Positions 1 through 13,114 of a stretch of 64,000 bases of DNA are shown here, piece by piece. How positions within the stretch are numbered: the stretch's first letter is position 1; every line of letters starts with the position of its first letter. The translations under genes and the position numbers were made by a program. Source of the stretch: Podospora anserina. Lineage: Eukaryota. The notes beneath the pieces are model-generated. The model searched no databases. It saw nothing but the letters and a program-made list of their open reading frames with translations, and was not told the DNA's origin. The DNA is taken from positions 2,170,001 through 2,234,000 of the forward strand of contig CM030338.1 of assembly GCA_017654855.1 (NCBI GenBank), given 5' to 3'.

Positions 1-382
1 GCCACAGTGACTAGCATGAAGGAGCAAACTATGAGCCGGGAGCAAGAGCTGGACAAGATCAAGGCACGGTTGGAGGAGAAGAACTCGGAAATTAGCAAAC
101 TGAGGGCCAAGTGTCGCGGCAACTCAACCGATGAAGAGGAGGCTTTGCGGGTAGGTTTTTTTTTCGTCTCTGTCATGCGCATGAGAGTGGAAGCTAACAT
201 TTTGACAGAACTTGGTTATTTGCTCTGTTTGCCGCAGCAATTTCAAAAACACGATACTGAAGGGATGTGGTCATGTTTTCTGCAACAGCTGCGTGGACGA
301 CCGGCTGGCCAACCGAATGCGCAAGTGCCCGAGCTGCAACAAGGCGTTTGACCGATCCGATGCCATGGCGGCCCACCTTTAG
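1..382 (+). CDS. BRE1: E3 ubiquitin ligase BRE1, 3' end (gene begins upstream of window); intron 151-208
   Basis: Coiled-coil exon ...EEEALR, intron GTAGGT..GCTAAC..ACAG, then C3HC4 [61 protein letters not shown], matching the Bre1 C-terminal RING pattern. The ORF track misses it because of the intron. Confidence 0.9.
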
Positions 383-1241
383 GCTCGTTCTGGGGCTGAC
401 CTGGATGAAATCGGGCGCAGATTTGGGCCAGGGAGGAAGGATGAGAGAGAGGGGGAAGATGAGTAGGCTCTGTTGTTTCTAGCTCTTGTCGTCGCCGGGT
501 CCGTCGCCGCCTTGATCACCGCCTTGAACACCGCCATATCTTCACCATTGCCAAACTCGTCAGCCTGATTGCCCTTGGTTCAGGCTCACGAGAAGAATCG
601 ACCTGAACGATGGATCGACGCGGGCTGCGCAGTTTTGGTCCATTGGTCTCTGGACGTCGTTATCGAAACGATTTATCACTATGACACTGCAGAAACAGCG
701 GAGGGAGAAGAAGCTTGAAAGGGGTGATAATTTTCGTTTCTGTTGATGCTTGGATCTCTTCGCCACACAAAGCGTTTTGTAATTCTACCGTGTGAGAGTA
801 GTACGAATAAGTTTTTTCTAGTTTTACTCTTTGCGGCTCGGCATCCTTGGGTCTGGCTACCCTGCCTTGGCTTCTGGCTCTTGATATTTTCGCATTACAT
901 TTTTCTCCTTGGTGAGATGGGGGACAAGGAAAAGAAATGAGAAGGAGAAGGCAGGATATAGATGGCAGGGAGTTATTAGGCATATCATCATCATTTTTTT
1001 CCTGCTGTGTTGGGTGGGGTTGGCTGGGATGGGGAGTTGAGTATAAGGGTGGTGATGAGTGCTTTTATATAGGGATTGATACTCTGCCAGCCTTTGCTAA
1101 AGTTTTGGGAGGTATATCAGAAAGAAAGAAGGAAGGAAGGGAAAGTAGTGTACAAAGAAGTAAAACAACATTCAACACCTCTTGTTACTTGTTAGATGAT
1201 TGTTTGTCTAGGCATCTATACCATCGTGCCGTGTCTTCTAT

Positions 1242-2362
1242 CTATCTTCTCGAAGTAGACCCATACCCAGTGCTTTCATGACTTGGTCCAGAACTCCCCG
1301 AGCCAGACGACCTCGACGGTCCAGCAGCACCACCGCCCCAACCGCTCCCCCCACCTCCAAACCTGCTCGACCCGCCGCGGTAGTTGTCCTCATAATTGCT
1401 GTTGTTATACCCCCCGAAAGCACTGGAATTATTCCCCCTCCTCTGCCCAGCCATATACCCCCCCGCCGCCCCCGACGCCAGCCCCGTCCAAAACCCCGGC
1501 CGCCAGCCCTGTTCCTGCTGTTGTGGCTGTCTGGAACTCGAACTCGTTGTTTTCGGGCGTCTAGCCCCCCTTCCTGAACCAGAACCAGGGTAAGGAGGAG
1601 GCGGATCGTCATCGTCATCGTTGTTACCCCCCCACCCCGAACCGTAACCCCCTCCTGTCCGTGGTTGTCTCCTCTGCCCATTGGCAGTATTATCCCTCGC
1701 CCCCCTCCAGGCCCCCCAGATAATCCACACCACCACTCCGACAAAAATGATTCCGAAGAGTACACCCCCCCAATCTGTTTCATTCTTGTCGTTCATCAAC
1801 AGACCCGGTTTGAAGTACAAACCAGGGTGTTCCTGCCTGCCTTGATCGGTGAGCTGTAAAGTGTACTCCACCCCGCAACTCCCTTTTAGGACATAAGGGT
1901 CATCCGGGGAATCGTACCCCTCGCAAATAACCTCTGTCCTGTCGAGGCGGAGGGTGGGGGGCAGGGAGGCGGTGCAGGACCATTCTATGTCTTCGGATGT
2001 GTAAGAGGAGCCGGTGTTGAGGCAGCGCATGGTTGTGATGGAGGAGGCTTCAGGGAGGGAGCAGAGTTTGGGCGGGGATGTACATTTTAGTTGGGGAATG
2101 GGGGAGACGCGGCGGGAGGTGGTTTTGGAGTGGGAGTTTAAGGTGAGACTTTTAACCTGTGGAAGTGTCAGTAAAGAGGGGGGGCATCAAGCTGGGACTG
2201 GTGGATAGATAGAAAGGGGTGGGAATTGGCGCAGAAAAGGGGGCATACTTGGGAGAGGAGAATGGCGTTCTTAGGTTTGGCTGCTGCTGTTGCTTGGCCG
2301 GAGAAGGAAAGGAGGGCCGTGGCGGCGAGGAGGACCGCGGGGTTGGAGATGAGGTGGTGCAT
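1242..2362 (-). CDS. SARAF/TMEM66-like (DUF1183) membrane protein; intron 2157-2248
   Basis: Signal peptide MHHLISNPAVLLAATALL..., then KNAILLSQ|VKSLTL..TTSRRVSPIPQLKC, C.N.G...DIEWSC, VICEGYDSPDDPYVLKGSCGVEY, one TM helix, PPPPY, PGFWTG and C-terminal STGYGSTSRR. All are characteristic of the SARAF family. Confidence 0.85.
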
Positions 2363-3308
2363 GCTGGTGGTTGGGTTGGTGATAGTCTCAACATAAGCTT
2401 GGAGATATAGCAAAACTTGAGGTGTAGGCCAAGTGAGTAAGAACGGGAGCGATTGGCAGCCTCGGCTCGGTTTCTTTGTCCAAACTGTCAGCGTCTAAGA
2501 CGCGTAGGCAACCTCTCCTCACACACGCACTTTAGCCTCGTCAGTCACAACACACTCCAAAAGGCCAGATATCTGATGATTGCCACCTATTCTTCAGTTA
2601 GTGCTTGTCCAGAACTTATAAACACGCCCGGACTTACAAACCGTTCTGGTAGAAAACCCGATAAAAATTGCGCGTAGCAGATGTAGTTAAGTGAATGAAT
2701 GTGGTGTAGTAGGGAAATAAGTTGGGTAGTGATAAGTGGGGCCACTCAAGTGGTCGTAAAGCTCACTCAACTCACTTCGCTGGCAGCTAAAATGCAGTGG
2801 CGAATGGCCGTCTTTTGAACACGTCAACCGCTTCTACAGCATCAAACAGAATAGGTCATGAGCGTGAGGCAACTAGGCGACTTTGTAGCAAAATTCCCGT
2901 CTCATTTTGATACCATCTCGCAGTCCTTCCTCTGCAAGGCTAGACTGCCACCTTATCTCATCTCATCTGAACCGCCGACAGCATACCACAGTATGGGCGT
3001 GCCAAGCTTGTAACGTTATCAACGAACGGGTTGCCTCACTTTATTTCACTAAAGAAATCAAGCGTCTGATGAAGCTGTCATAATATTTTTTACAATTACA
3101 GCACTGAGTAGCGCATACAACACACACTCTTGCCTTCCCATCCATCTATATAATAACTTAGTAAATGTGTAAAATGTGTACTCGAACCAGACGCGGAAAT
3201 ATACCAACCCAAACGCCTCGCCTTTTTGCTTTGACTTGCTTGCTTGCTAAGTGGGATATCTCGAAAAACGGCAGCCAAAAACAAACTCTACTTCTTCTTG
3301 AAACAAAA

Positions 3309-6300
3309 TCACCGGTTCTTCTCCAAACTCTGCAAGTTGACCAACTCGGCATATCTGCCGTTGGCCTTCATCAACTCAGAGTGACTTCCCTTCTCCACTA
3401 TTCTCCCCTGATCAAACACATAAATGATATCCGCCTTTTGAATCGTGCTCAGTCTGTGCGCCACTGCAATTGTCGTTCTCCCCTTGGCAGCCTTGTCCAA
3501 AGCAGCCTGCACAACGTGTTCAGACTCGGAGTCAAGCGCCGAAGTAGCCTCGTCAAGAAGCAAAATCTTGGGATCGCGGACCAAGGCACGAGCAATAGCG
3601 ATACGCTGCTTCTGGCCACCGCTGAGCAGAGCACCCTTGGAACCAACAACAGTATTGAATCCGTCAGGAAGCGAGAGAATAAAGTCATAAATGTTGGCTT
3701 CCTGGCAGGCAAACTTGATCTGCTCATCAGACACCTCATAGGGTGCACCGAGCAAGATGTTTTCCTTGATGGTGCCCTGGTACAGTGTAGGCTCCTGAGA
3801 CACGAGGGCAATGAAGCTGCGGTACTCGTTGATGTTGAGAGTGCTAATCTCCTTGCCGTCGACAAAGATACCACCAGCGAGAGGGTCGTAGAAGCGTTCC
3901 AGAAGAGCGATGGTGGTTGATTTGCCGCATCCAGAGGCACCGACAAGAGCAACATACTGACCAGGCGAGATGGTGAGGTTGAGCCCACGCAGGACAGGCT
4001 GCTCGGGTCTAGTAGGGTACCTAAAGTGAACATCGCGGAACTCCAAGCTCCCCTCGATGGCCTCAACCTTGTCGCCGTCCTCGGACCAAGTATCGATAGT
4101 CGGCTTCATGTCGAACAGAGTCTTGAGGTTGCGAGAGGCCTCGGCCGCCTTGCCCATGTCGGGAGCAAAAGAGAACACCGAGCCGGCAGACTGAGCACCG
4201 AAGATGACAGAGGTAAAGACCAAAAAGAACTGGAACATGTCGTACTCGTATTTGGCGATCAAAGTACCGCCGTACCAGAAACCGAGCGCAAAGGCCAAGA
4301 ACATGAGCGACTGAGAGCCGGCATACAGCAAACTCGACTTCAAGACCGAGATAAGACTGGCGCGTTGCTGAATAGCCAATGACTCGCGATAGTTGCGAAG
4401 CACATCCTGCTCCCGAGTGAGCGAAGCAACGGTGCGAATGGCAGTGATGGCCTCGGAAGCAAAGCTGGCGGAGCCCTGGTAGGCACGCTTTGCGCGGCGT
4501 TGATAGTGAGCAAGCATCCAGAACCGGAAGAAACCGCATCCGATAAGGAGAGGCATGGTAGCAATGCAGACCAAAGCCAACTTCCAGCCTATGGCAAGCG
4601 CAACGGTGCAAGCAGCAATGAGTGTCGAGGTGACCATGATCAAAGTGCCCAAAGTAGAACCGCTCAAGCCAGCAACATGTGTCGTTTCAGTGCTCAAGAA
4701 CGAGGTGAGAGCACCAGCCGAATGCTCATCGGTATCAAAGTACTCGACATCCTGGCGGAGCATGGTGCGGAAAGACCTGTCGCGAACACGGTGGATGAGG
4801 CGCTCACTGCACTTCGCAAAGACGATGCCTTGGGCCGTGAAAGCGATGAACATGACGAGGGCTAACATCAAGTACATGAGGCACCAGAAAGAGGCTTCAG
4901 ATTTCATAAAGTCTCTGGCCTCTTGGGTCGTGGGGGGAATAGACCTGAAAAATATCAGCTATGGTCGAATGCACAACAAACAGGAAAACTTACAAGGCAG
5001 TGATAAGCTTGGCGAAGAAGACAGCCTGGGTCGGGTTACCCAGACCGCAGATAGCAGAAAAGAATAGACCAATCAACATGAGCTTCCACTCCTTCTTGTT
5101 GAAGCTGGCAATCACCTTGATCAGAGTCCACAAGCTATATTTATTGGGGGTGGCCTTGGCACGTCCGGCCAATGCCATGGAGCTGACACTCTGGGTCGAC
5201 TTGCTCCTGTTGAGTTTGGCATTGATATCGTCCTCTGGGTCCTCGGGGACACCCTCCTGTTTCTGGGCGGCGGATGCCTTGCGGATAAGAGCAGCTTCCT
5301 CTTCCTCGTTGATGGCCTCCTCTTCCTCAGCAGTCATCTCATTGACAGCGGCGATAGCCTGAGCAGTAACCAAGTTGTAGTATGAGCCACGCTTTTCCAA
5401 GAGCTCGTCGTGTGTACCCTGTTCGACGATCTTGCCCTGGGTCATGACCACAATGTTGTGAGCATCCTTGATGGTTGACAACCGATGAGCAATGGTGATG
5501 GTGGTACGGCCTTCGGAAGCAACCTCCAGAGCAGCCTGTACAACGCCCTCAGACTTGGTATCCAATGCGCTGGTGGCCTCATCAAGGAGCAAAATCTTGG
5601 GATCCGACACCACAGCACGAGCGATAGCAATGCGTTGCTTCTGGCCACCACTGAGGAGAAAACCACGTTCACCGACGTTTGTTTCGTAGCCTTCAGGAAG
5701 AGATGTGATGAAGTCGTGAGCGTTGGCCTTCCTGGCAGCGTCCTCGATGAGCTCTCTCTGCTTTTCAGGGCCCTCATTTTCCCACTTGGTACCAATCAAA
5801 CCGTGGCGGATGTTTTCGTAGATGGTAGTGCCGAAGAGTGTTGGTTCCTGAGAGACAAGGGCAATCTGCTGGCGCAACCAGCGGAGGTTCAGAGTGGAAA
5901 TGTCGACACCATCCAAATACACAGTTCCTTCGATAGGCGCGTAGAATCGCTCGACCAGACCAATGATAGTCGACTTGCCACTGCCGGAAGCTCCAACGAG
6001 CGCGGTGACCTTGCCAGCAGGAATCTCGAGGGTGACGTCGTCCATGACCACAACCTCAGGACGGGAAGGGTAGATATGCTTGATGTTTTCGAGACGAATG
6101 GTTCCCTCCACCTTCTCGAGCTTGATGCCGTCGTCAGTCGATGGATCGATCGGGGAGATACGGTCGATGGTGCTGTAGATCTTGGCGGCGGCACCGAGAG
6201 CGGTGGTAAAAGCCTGCATGTTAGGCGCGACATTGCCCAAGTTGAAGGCGCCCATCATGACAGCCATCATGACGATCAGGATCTTGCTGAGTGTCGTGGA

Positions 6301-7371
6301 GCCGTCAAGCAAGAAGACCGAGCCCATCCAAAAAGCAAGGCCGTAGTTTAGATACAGAATAAGCATCATACCAGCAACCATGACGCCCAGAACGCTCTTG
6401 AGCTTGAAGCCGAAGAACTCGGCCTTGATGAGGTGAACATCATACTGCTTAGCGAGGCGATCCTGGGTGCCAAAGGCAACGGCGTTGCGGACACTGCTAA
6501 TGACCTCCTCGGCCACCGAACCACCCTGAGCGTAGGCACTGATGTTTTGCCTAGAATACTTAACAATGAACGTTGAGCCAGTGCCCATAACCAGCAAGAG
6601 AGCCACGACAGTGCTCATAAGAATAAGAGTCAACTTCCAGTAGCTCACAAAGCCGATGACGAAGGCAGCAACGAAAGTGGCGACGGCTTGGAGCGTCAAG
6701 CCAACCTTCTCCGAGATTCCTTCCTGGATGAGATTGGTGTCGGCCGTGATGCGTGTGGTGACCTCACCAGCGCCGAGCTTGTCGAAGAAACCGATGTTCT
6801 GCTTCATGCAGCTTTCCAAATAGTGCTCGCGAATCTTGGCGCTGATATGCTCGCCGCAGTAGATGAATCCAACTGTAGCAACATAAGATGTAACGAACTC
6901 TCCAATGGCCAGATATACGAAGTAAAGGCACAATGATCCAAGCTCGCTGGTGAACTCATCGTAAGACAGGTTGCTGCCGGGTGTGAAATAATCCTGGAAA
7001 GTGCCCTGAAGATTGCCAAAAACGACCGTCATCAATGGCAAAGCGGCTCCAGAGGCAATGGCGCATATCGCCGAAACAACCAAGATGATCATGTCGTTGC
7101 GCGACGAATAACGGTACAGTGTCGCAACTCCAACTTTGATATCGGGGGTGTAGACCTGATCCCTCAGGATCTTGGCCTCCCTCTCTGGGAGGTGCTTGAA
7201 GGGGTCGGCCTCCTTGTCATCGTCTGCTTCTGGTGGGGGTGCGACGACCTTGCTGTCGAGCTTCTTAAGATCTGCTGAAGGACTGACGTCTCTGGATTCT
7301 TGAATTTCGGGGCTCTCAGGTGAGACGGCGCGGGTCGGTTCCGACTTTTCTGAGTACTGATCGGCTGCCAT
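3309..7371 (-). CDS. Full-length ABCB (MDR/P-glycoprotein-type) multidrug exporter, TMD-NBD-TMD-NBD; intron 4945-4993
   Basis: Two Walker A motifs (GASGSGKST, GASGCGKST), two LSGGQKQRIAIARA signatures, LLLDEATSALD Walker B/D-loops and two membrane domains. The two ORFs are joined by a 49-nt GTAAGT..CTGAT..CAG intron. Confidence 0.96.
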
Positions 7372-9743
7372 GGCGGCAGATGGCCTGTGAGGCGGCGCAA
7401 ATGAATAGCAGCGGCGCGTTATTCACTGGTAATAGGGGGGTGAGACGCGGTAAGCGACGAGCGATTGGCCCGTAGTTTACTGAATGACGTGCATAGGCTG
7501 GTCGATTCGTAGCTTAGGTCCGTGTCTTCGATCAGCTTACTACTCGGAGGCTTGTCTGGCAATGTAGGGAAGGTATTCAGAACCAAAAAAAAGCCGAGGT
7601 CGAAGAAAAAGGACAAGAAGGGGAGCAGGTCAAAGCCAAGAAATGCTAGGGACTGCGCACCTAGGTGGACAGGTCAGGATCAGGGAAGGAAGCAATAAAA
7701 GGGGACAAGGTGTCGGACACTCGGGATTTCCATGGCCGTGGTACCCACCCACCCTCAACCAAGAGGTGTCAACCGAGCCGTACATATTGACAAAAGCAGA
7801 AGGCAACCGACGCATGCGAAATGGGCGGCCCAGCATGCTTCCGGGCCGTCTACAGTACATGCTTTCTTCCCCAACAGGCGGAGTACCTCGCAGGCTTGCC
7901 ACCGGCCTAGCGGCCGAAAGATTCATCTGGTCTGATCGAACATCGAAACAACAAAGAAGGCGACTTTCTTCGATATCGATTTGCCGAATACGCCAACCCA
8001 GCGATCACAGCCTTCCACGTTTCTCCCATCCCAGCACCCCTCGCTATCGATCCAGTTGATTCTTGAATGGGGTTAGGCAACTCTCCGAGACTATTCCCCA
8101 TGTAACGACGTACATATATCACGGCTACCTAACGCCCCGTCGGACAAGGCGCGCATCCTTTATTTAGTCAAGTTACTTTCTCTGAACAGCAGAATGCGGT
8201 GTAACGGCGAAACATACATTTTCCTCCATTGACTCTACACGTGGAAGCTGGAAAGAGTCCGGTCAGTTGAGCGGATGAGTCAAATACACCTCATAGCCTT
8301 CCAATCGCACCTCTCTTGCAAGCTCTCCCTTCCCGCATATGACGTGAGACAAAGTCGGACTGCGGCCTCTACAACACCCCGATCCTCACTTATATCCGTC
8401 CAACCAACCATCCAACCAAACACCCGAGGCACGTACGCAACATGAACCTGTTGAACTCGGTGTGGCTTGAAAGGCTGAACCTGAACATGAACATAGCAAA
8501 TGGCGTACAGTAAACGCCCATCTCCCACCAACTGGTGACTCCGATGGCTGCTGTGAATCATCACCGGCCTGGCCAGCAGGGCAGAAAACATCGCTCCCTG
8601 AGGCACGTACATAATCATATCAAACAGGCGACATTATCAGCTCAGCAATCACACTTCACCGCCCCTATTCACTGATAACAAGAACTTTTGCTCACAAATC
8701 CTCCCGTTTCTGCCGATTGCAACCATCCAGCAAACCACAACCTCGGTACCTCCCACCGTGGTTGGCGGGCGAATGCAGTGTAAAAAGGTCACAAAAAAAC
8801 AGGAATGTGGCGGCTATAGCGGCATGCCCAGACATTCGGCGCACGGCACATCGTGATGGCCAAGAAAATGGAAAATCTGGAGAACCCTTGGCCCATGTCT
8901 CTTGGCGCAGTTGCTTGTGTCAGTGACCTGCAGATCGGATGAAAAGAGCACCCAGCAAGCAGAAAGCAGTTCAACCACACCTAAACACCCGTCAGAGGCC
9001 AAGACACTTCGTCATACCTTGCGGCTCTATGGGGAAGTTCCTTTTGTTCTTATTATTCATAGCTGGTCTCGACTAACTACCCATCATTCTTACGCTATGC
9101 ACCAACTGCATTGAATGACAAGATATCCTTCGACATCTGCTGACATCCCCCTCTCCCAAACAGGATGTCATGGCGATTTGAATCTCCCGGGGTGACTACT
9201 TTCGGTGGTTGGATTATGGGGGGTGGTACAAAGGTCCCTGAATTCGAGATACAGTTTCTGTGCGACCATCACACACGGCATCTAGACGACAACACACAAA
9301 CGCAGAGTCGCACCAGGAGATAAGGTATGTGGTATCTCCAGCCAGTCTTGGTACCCAATTGCATGACACGGCTTTGTGTCTAAGGAAATATGGGTACTTT
9401 TTCAAGTACCTAGTGATACATATGACCAAGAGGTAGAGAGCTGGTTGGTGGTGCTCAGACGGAGAGCTACCACGGTACAGCAGCACTCTCAACATACCTT
9501 AGGGTAAGTATTACGAGAAGCATCAATGCCTGAACAGCACCTGTCGACTACCTACAACATCAAACAACGTAGTCGGTGGTGTTAGTACCAAAGAGAGGCC
9601 AACTTCAACTACGCGGTCATTACGGCCGAGCTGTTTCTCAAGCTACCTTGGTGTCCGCTCTACAGAAAGCCGGCACTGAAGACAGGATGAACATAGCGCT
9701 GCCAGGTGCAAGCTAAAGCAAAGCTACACCAGCTACCCCAAAG

Positions 9744-10308
9744 GGGTCTGGCTAGCCAGCAGGGCATGGCGTGTCTTATCCGGTGTGGTCTAGCCGTCCT
9801 GGGCAAATCGGTCAGGAATTAATCTTTGGGTGTATGAAGATCGCAAAGGCCACATTTTGTATGGGAAAACTGGGTTTTCCAATGTCAGTACTCTCGTCTT
9901 GCATTTGCCAGAGGTTCGTACCAGACAGCTAAACAATTAAAACCTAAGATCCTGGCTATAATGTCAAACTCGGTGGTTTGGCGATGGCTTCGGTGGCCGC
10001 AGTTCAATGGGCAGTAACCCTCACAGTTCAGTAGGCCCTCACAGTTCAATGGGCCCTCGCAGTTCAGTAAGCAGTAGGCCTCACAGGGCAAGGCAATTTA
10101 CAAGGCCTTTGGAAGTCACTGGGATACGGGCATCATTCAAACCATCAATCGAACGTGGGTTGGTTAAGATATTGCTGCATTACTTGGCACGAAACAGACC
10201 CAGTTTTGGCTGTGATTTTGATATATTTTAATGTTTTCGAATGGTTTGCCCAGGACGGTTAGACCACACCGGATAAGAGAGACTAAGCCCTGCTGGCTAG
10301 CCAGACTC
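9744..10308. mobile_element. Non-autonomous TIR DNA transposon (MITE-like), 565 bp, 64-bp TIRs, 8-bp TSD CCCCAAAG
   Basis: 9744-9807 matches the reverse complement of 10245-10308 at 57/64 nt without gaps. CCCCAAAG directly flanks both ends (9736-9743 and 10309-10316). No transposase ORF inside. Confidence 0.88.
9997..10088. repeat. 18-bp minisatellite inside the MITE
   Basis: Units CCCTCACAGTTCAGTAGG (10018), CCCTCACAGTTCAATGGG (10036) and CCCTCGCAGTTCAGTAAG (10054), plus partial copies on either side. Confidence 0.85.
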
Positions 10309-10797
10309 CCCCAAAGTCAGCAATGACAAGTTGACAGACGTGAAACCCCAGAGACCTAGTTCAGAAGCCTGAATGACGTCTCTCTGCAGGCTTTAAGTAG
10401 AGCCGTCATCTACAGACTACCCCAATCTCATACCGAAGCGCAACTGCCGCGCGGCACTTTACTAGATTATGTTTCTTGTGTCTTAACGCAGGAGCATCGA
10501 GATTGGTCCAGATTTCATAGGTTTGACCCAGTCGAGATCTTGGAAGCCAGACGAAACCAAACACCAACACCGGACACTCACAGCAGACCAACAACATGCT
10601 GAAAATTAATTCCCATTTTTCCATTTTTCTTCCCAAACGCCAAAACTAAAAAAACCAAACAAAAAAACAAAGAGGTCCTAAAAAAACCGATCGCCCCTCG
10701 TTGTGGAAAAACGTAAAAAGCTCTGGTATCATCACGAAACCTTTCCCTTATATGAGAAAAATAGAAACCAAACATTCCCAACCCCAACCGATCCAGT

Positions 10798-11726
10798 TTA
10801 CTCGCTATCCTCCTCCTCCTCCTCATCATCCTCACCCCCCATCACAACATCCCCAGCACCCGAAGAACCCTTCTTCTTCTTCCCCGCACTCTTCGCCTCC
10901 TCCCTCTTCCTCTCAATATACTCCCTCGCCCCCTCCATAACCTCCACCTCCCCCCCAGCCGCCTTCCAAACCGCCAACAGCTCAACCTTGAACTCCGCCA
11001 TACAAACACTAAACAGCTTCAACAACCTCGTCTGCCGACTATCCAGCACCTCCCCCTCTTTACAGACAGTATACCCCTCCTCCTGGAACCCATTCCCCTC
11101 CTCATCAACCCCCAAGCAAACCTTCCCCTTCACCATCCGGCACGGCACCCCCAACCGCCTCAGCTCCGGCTCGAGCGTGTGCGCGACAGGGACGTCATGC
11201 TCCTTGGGCACCTCCCCCCCAGTGGAATACACCAACCCCTTCGGAATCACAAAATCCCTCGTCGCCACGCTCCCCGCCCGCGCGAAATCGACTTGGGTCA
11301 AGCTCTCAAAATAAGACTTGATCTCTTCAGGGGTACGATTGGTAAAAATCAAACCGACTGACCCAGTAAGATACGGTGCGAGGAGATGAATCCCGTCAGC
11401 TTGGGCTTCTTCGGGCGTGGAGCCGAGCGCGCGGAGGGTGAGCTTAGTCTTGCCAAAGAAGAGTCTACCCACCAAAAGAGTTAGCATCTACCACAATGGG
11501 GAAGTTAAAAGGGAGGGTGGAGGGGTGGTGCATACCGAGAATCACTCAACTCCCTCCTCACATCCTTCAAGTAATTATTCCTCATGTTGTCCACGCTAAA
11601 CACCCAGCAGTACTGAAACTCGGGGATCGCGTCCCGAATGTTGGCAAACAGCTTGTCCTTGTTCTCGCGCGTCTTCTTGGACACCTGGGTCAGGTGGTAG
11701 ACCTTTGCTCTCTTTGACTTGGGCAT
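10798..11726 (-). CDS. MRT4: Ribosome assembly factor Mrt4; intron 11465-11535
   Basis: [82 protein letters not shown] and an acidic tail: uL10-like Mrt4 motifs. Confidence 0.95.
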
Positions 11727-13114
11727 CTTGTCGTAATATCCTTCCCGTTACCGAAAAATCGAGAGATTGCCTGTTGACAAAAAGAGACAATGTGACCAGA
11801 TCGGAAAAAGTAATTCGGGGTGGTGGAATTGGGGTTGCGAAAAAGTCGAGAGGTGGGTTGGCCGCTCGCTGCTGTGGCGGGCGTTATCGACCGAAAACTG
11901 CTTGGGTCCCCCCCAACTTTTGGTTTTTTCTGCCATGGGAATTTTTGGGCGGTGAAGCGCGGTGCCCCACACCGATTGAGAGCTGCAGGCGGGATGCCCC
12001 GCCCTGATAGGAGGGGAGGTTTTTCCTTCCGAACTTTATGTCGAGGGACTTACAAAACTCACCCAATTCACCAGGGAAGCAATTGAATGAATCTAGAACA
12101 GAGATGAGCATGCGTTCACAATTCACATGGTTCATCGAGCAAAACATACTTCACTGGCAGTTCTGGTACTAGTCTCTTAAACAAACGGCTACCTACCAGC
12201 TTCTGGTTTGGCTACTTAAACATATCCTATCATGACATCCTGCCATGCATAATCAGGCCGTCAAAGCAGAGGAAAAACAGTGATTTCCTTACCTCCCGAC
12301 CTTACCTATCTAACCCATCCATCTATTCCAAATGCTTTGCCGGCATTGGGTATGGAGTGACATGGCAAATTCGTGGAGGATCAAGCCTGGCGATTACTGG
12401 GAACCATATCTCCCCTCCCGTTATTATTTCCCCGGTCCGTTCCCAGTCCTCGCTTGTTCTCTTCTTTCCCATGATAAGAGCATATGATATGCTCCGAGAG
12501 GTGAACAAAAAAATAACACAAATAAATACAACAGAAAGAAAAGGTCAGAATTCGCTGTACCTTGGTGTGGTTGGTGGGTTGAGTTGGATGCTTTCTGCAA
12601 AGAAACATGGTGATAGCTTGATGACTGTCCACCGAGGCTGACAAATGCAAGACAGTGGACAAAGCTTGCTGTTGGTAAGACGATGCCCAGAAAGATCAGT
12701 CAAAATATGGACAATAACTTCCGATAGAAAGCGAACCCTGACTTTGACCGAGAGTGTGGGTGACAATATTACAATGGCCGATACACAAACCCCTACCCGT
12801 CTTGGGGGCCTTGCAGGCAGATCCATGGGGGCTGAGCTTGTTTCCTGTGAGATATACTGGCGGCTTACCCCGTTGTCGAGGGAAGGGGGATGCGAGAGAG
12901 GGAAGATGTGAAAGTATCGTAATACCCACCACAAGACATCAAGTCTTGTCAAGAGCTAAGAGTAGCGGCGCAGTTTTCTGGGAGTCTCGGGCTCACGCTT
13001 GATGTAGGGTTCATGGGGGCGAGCTTGCGGGCGATAGGCAAGATTGGGCTGATCCCGATGAGCAGATGAATTGCTCTCACGCGGCGGCTTTCGGTCCTCA
13101 TCGTCGTCTTCCTT

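Noticed and set aside
400-1240. Short ORFs between BRE1 and the SARAF-like gene
   Set aside because: No consistent frame or splice structure; likely 3' UTRs of the two convergent genes.
3165-6351. Long + strand ORFs (3165-3920, 5485-6351) opposite the ABC transporter
   Set aside because: Antisense shadows of a codon-biased gene, with no recognisable motifs.
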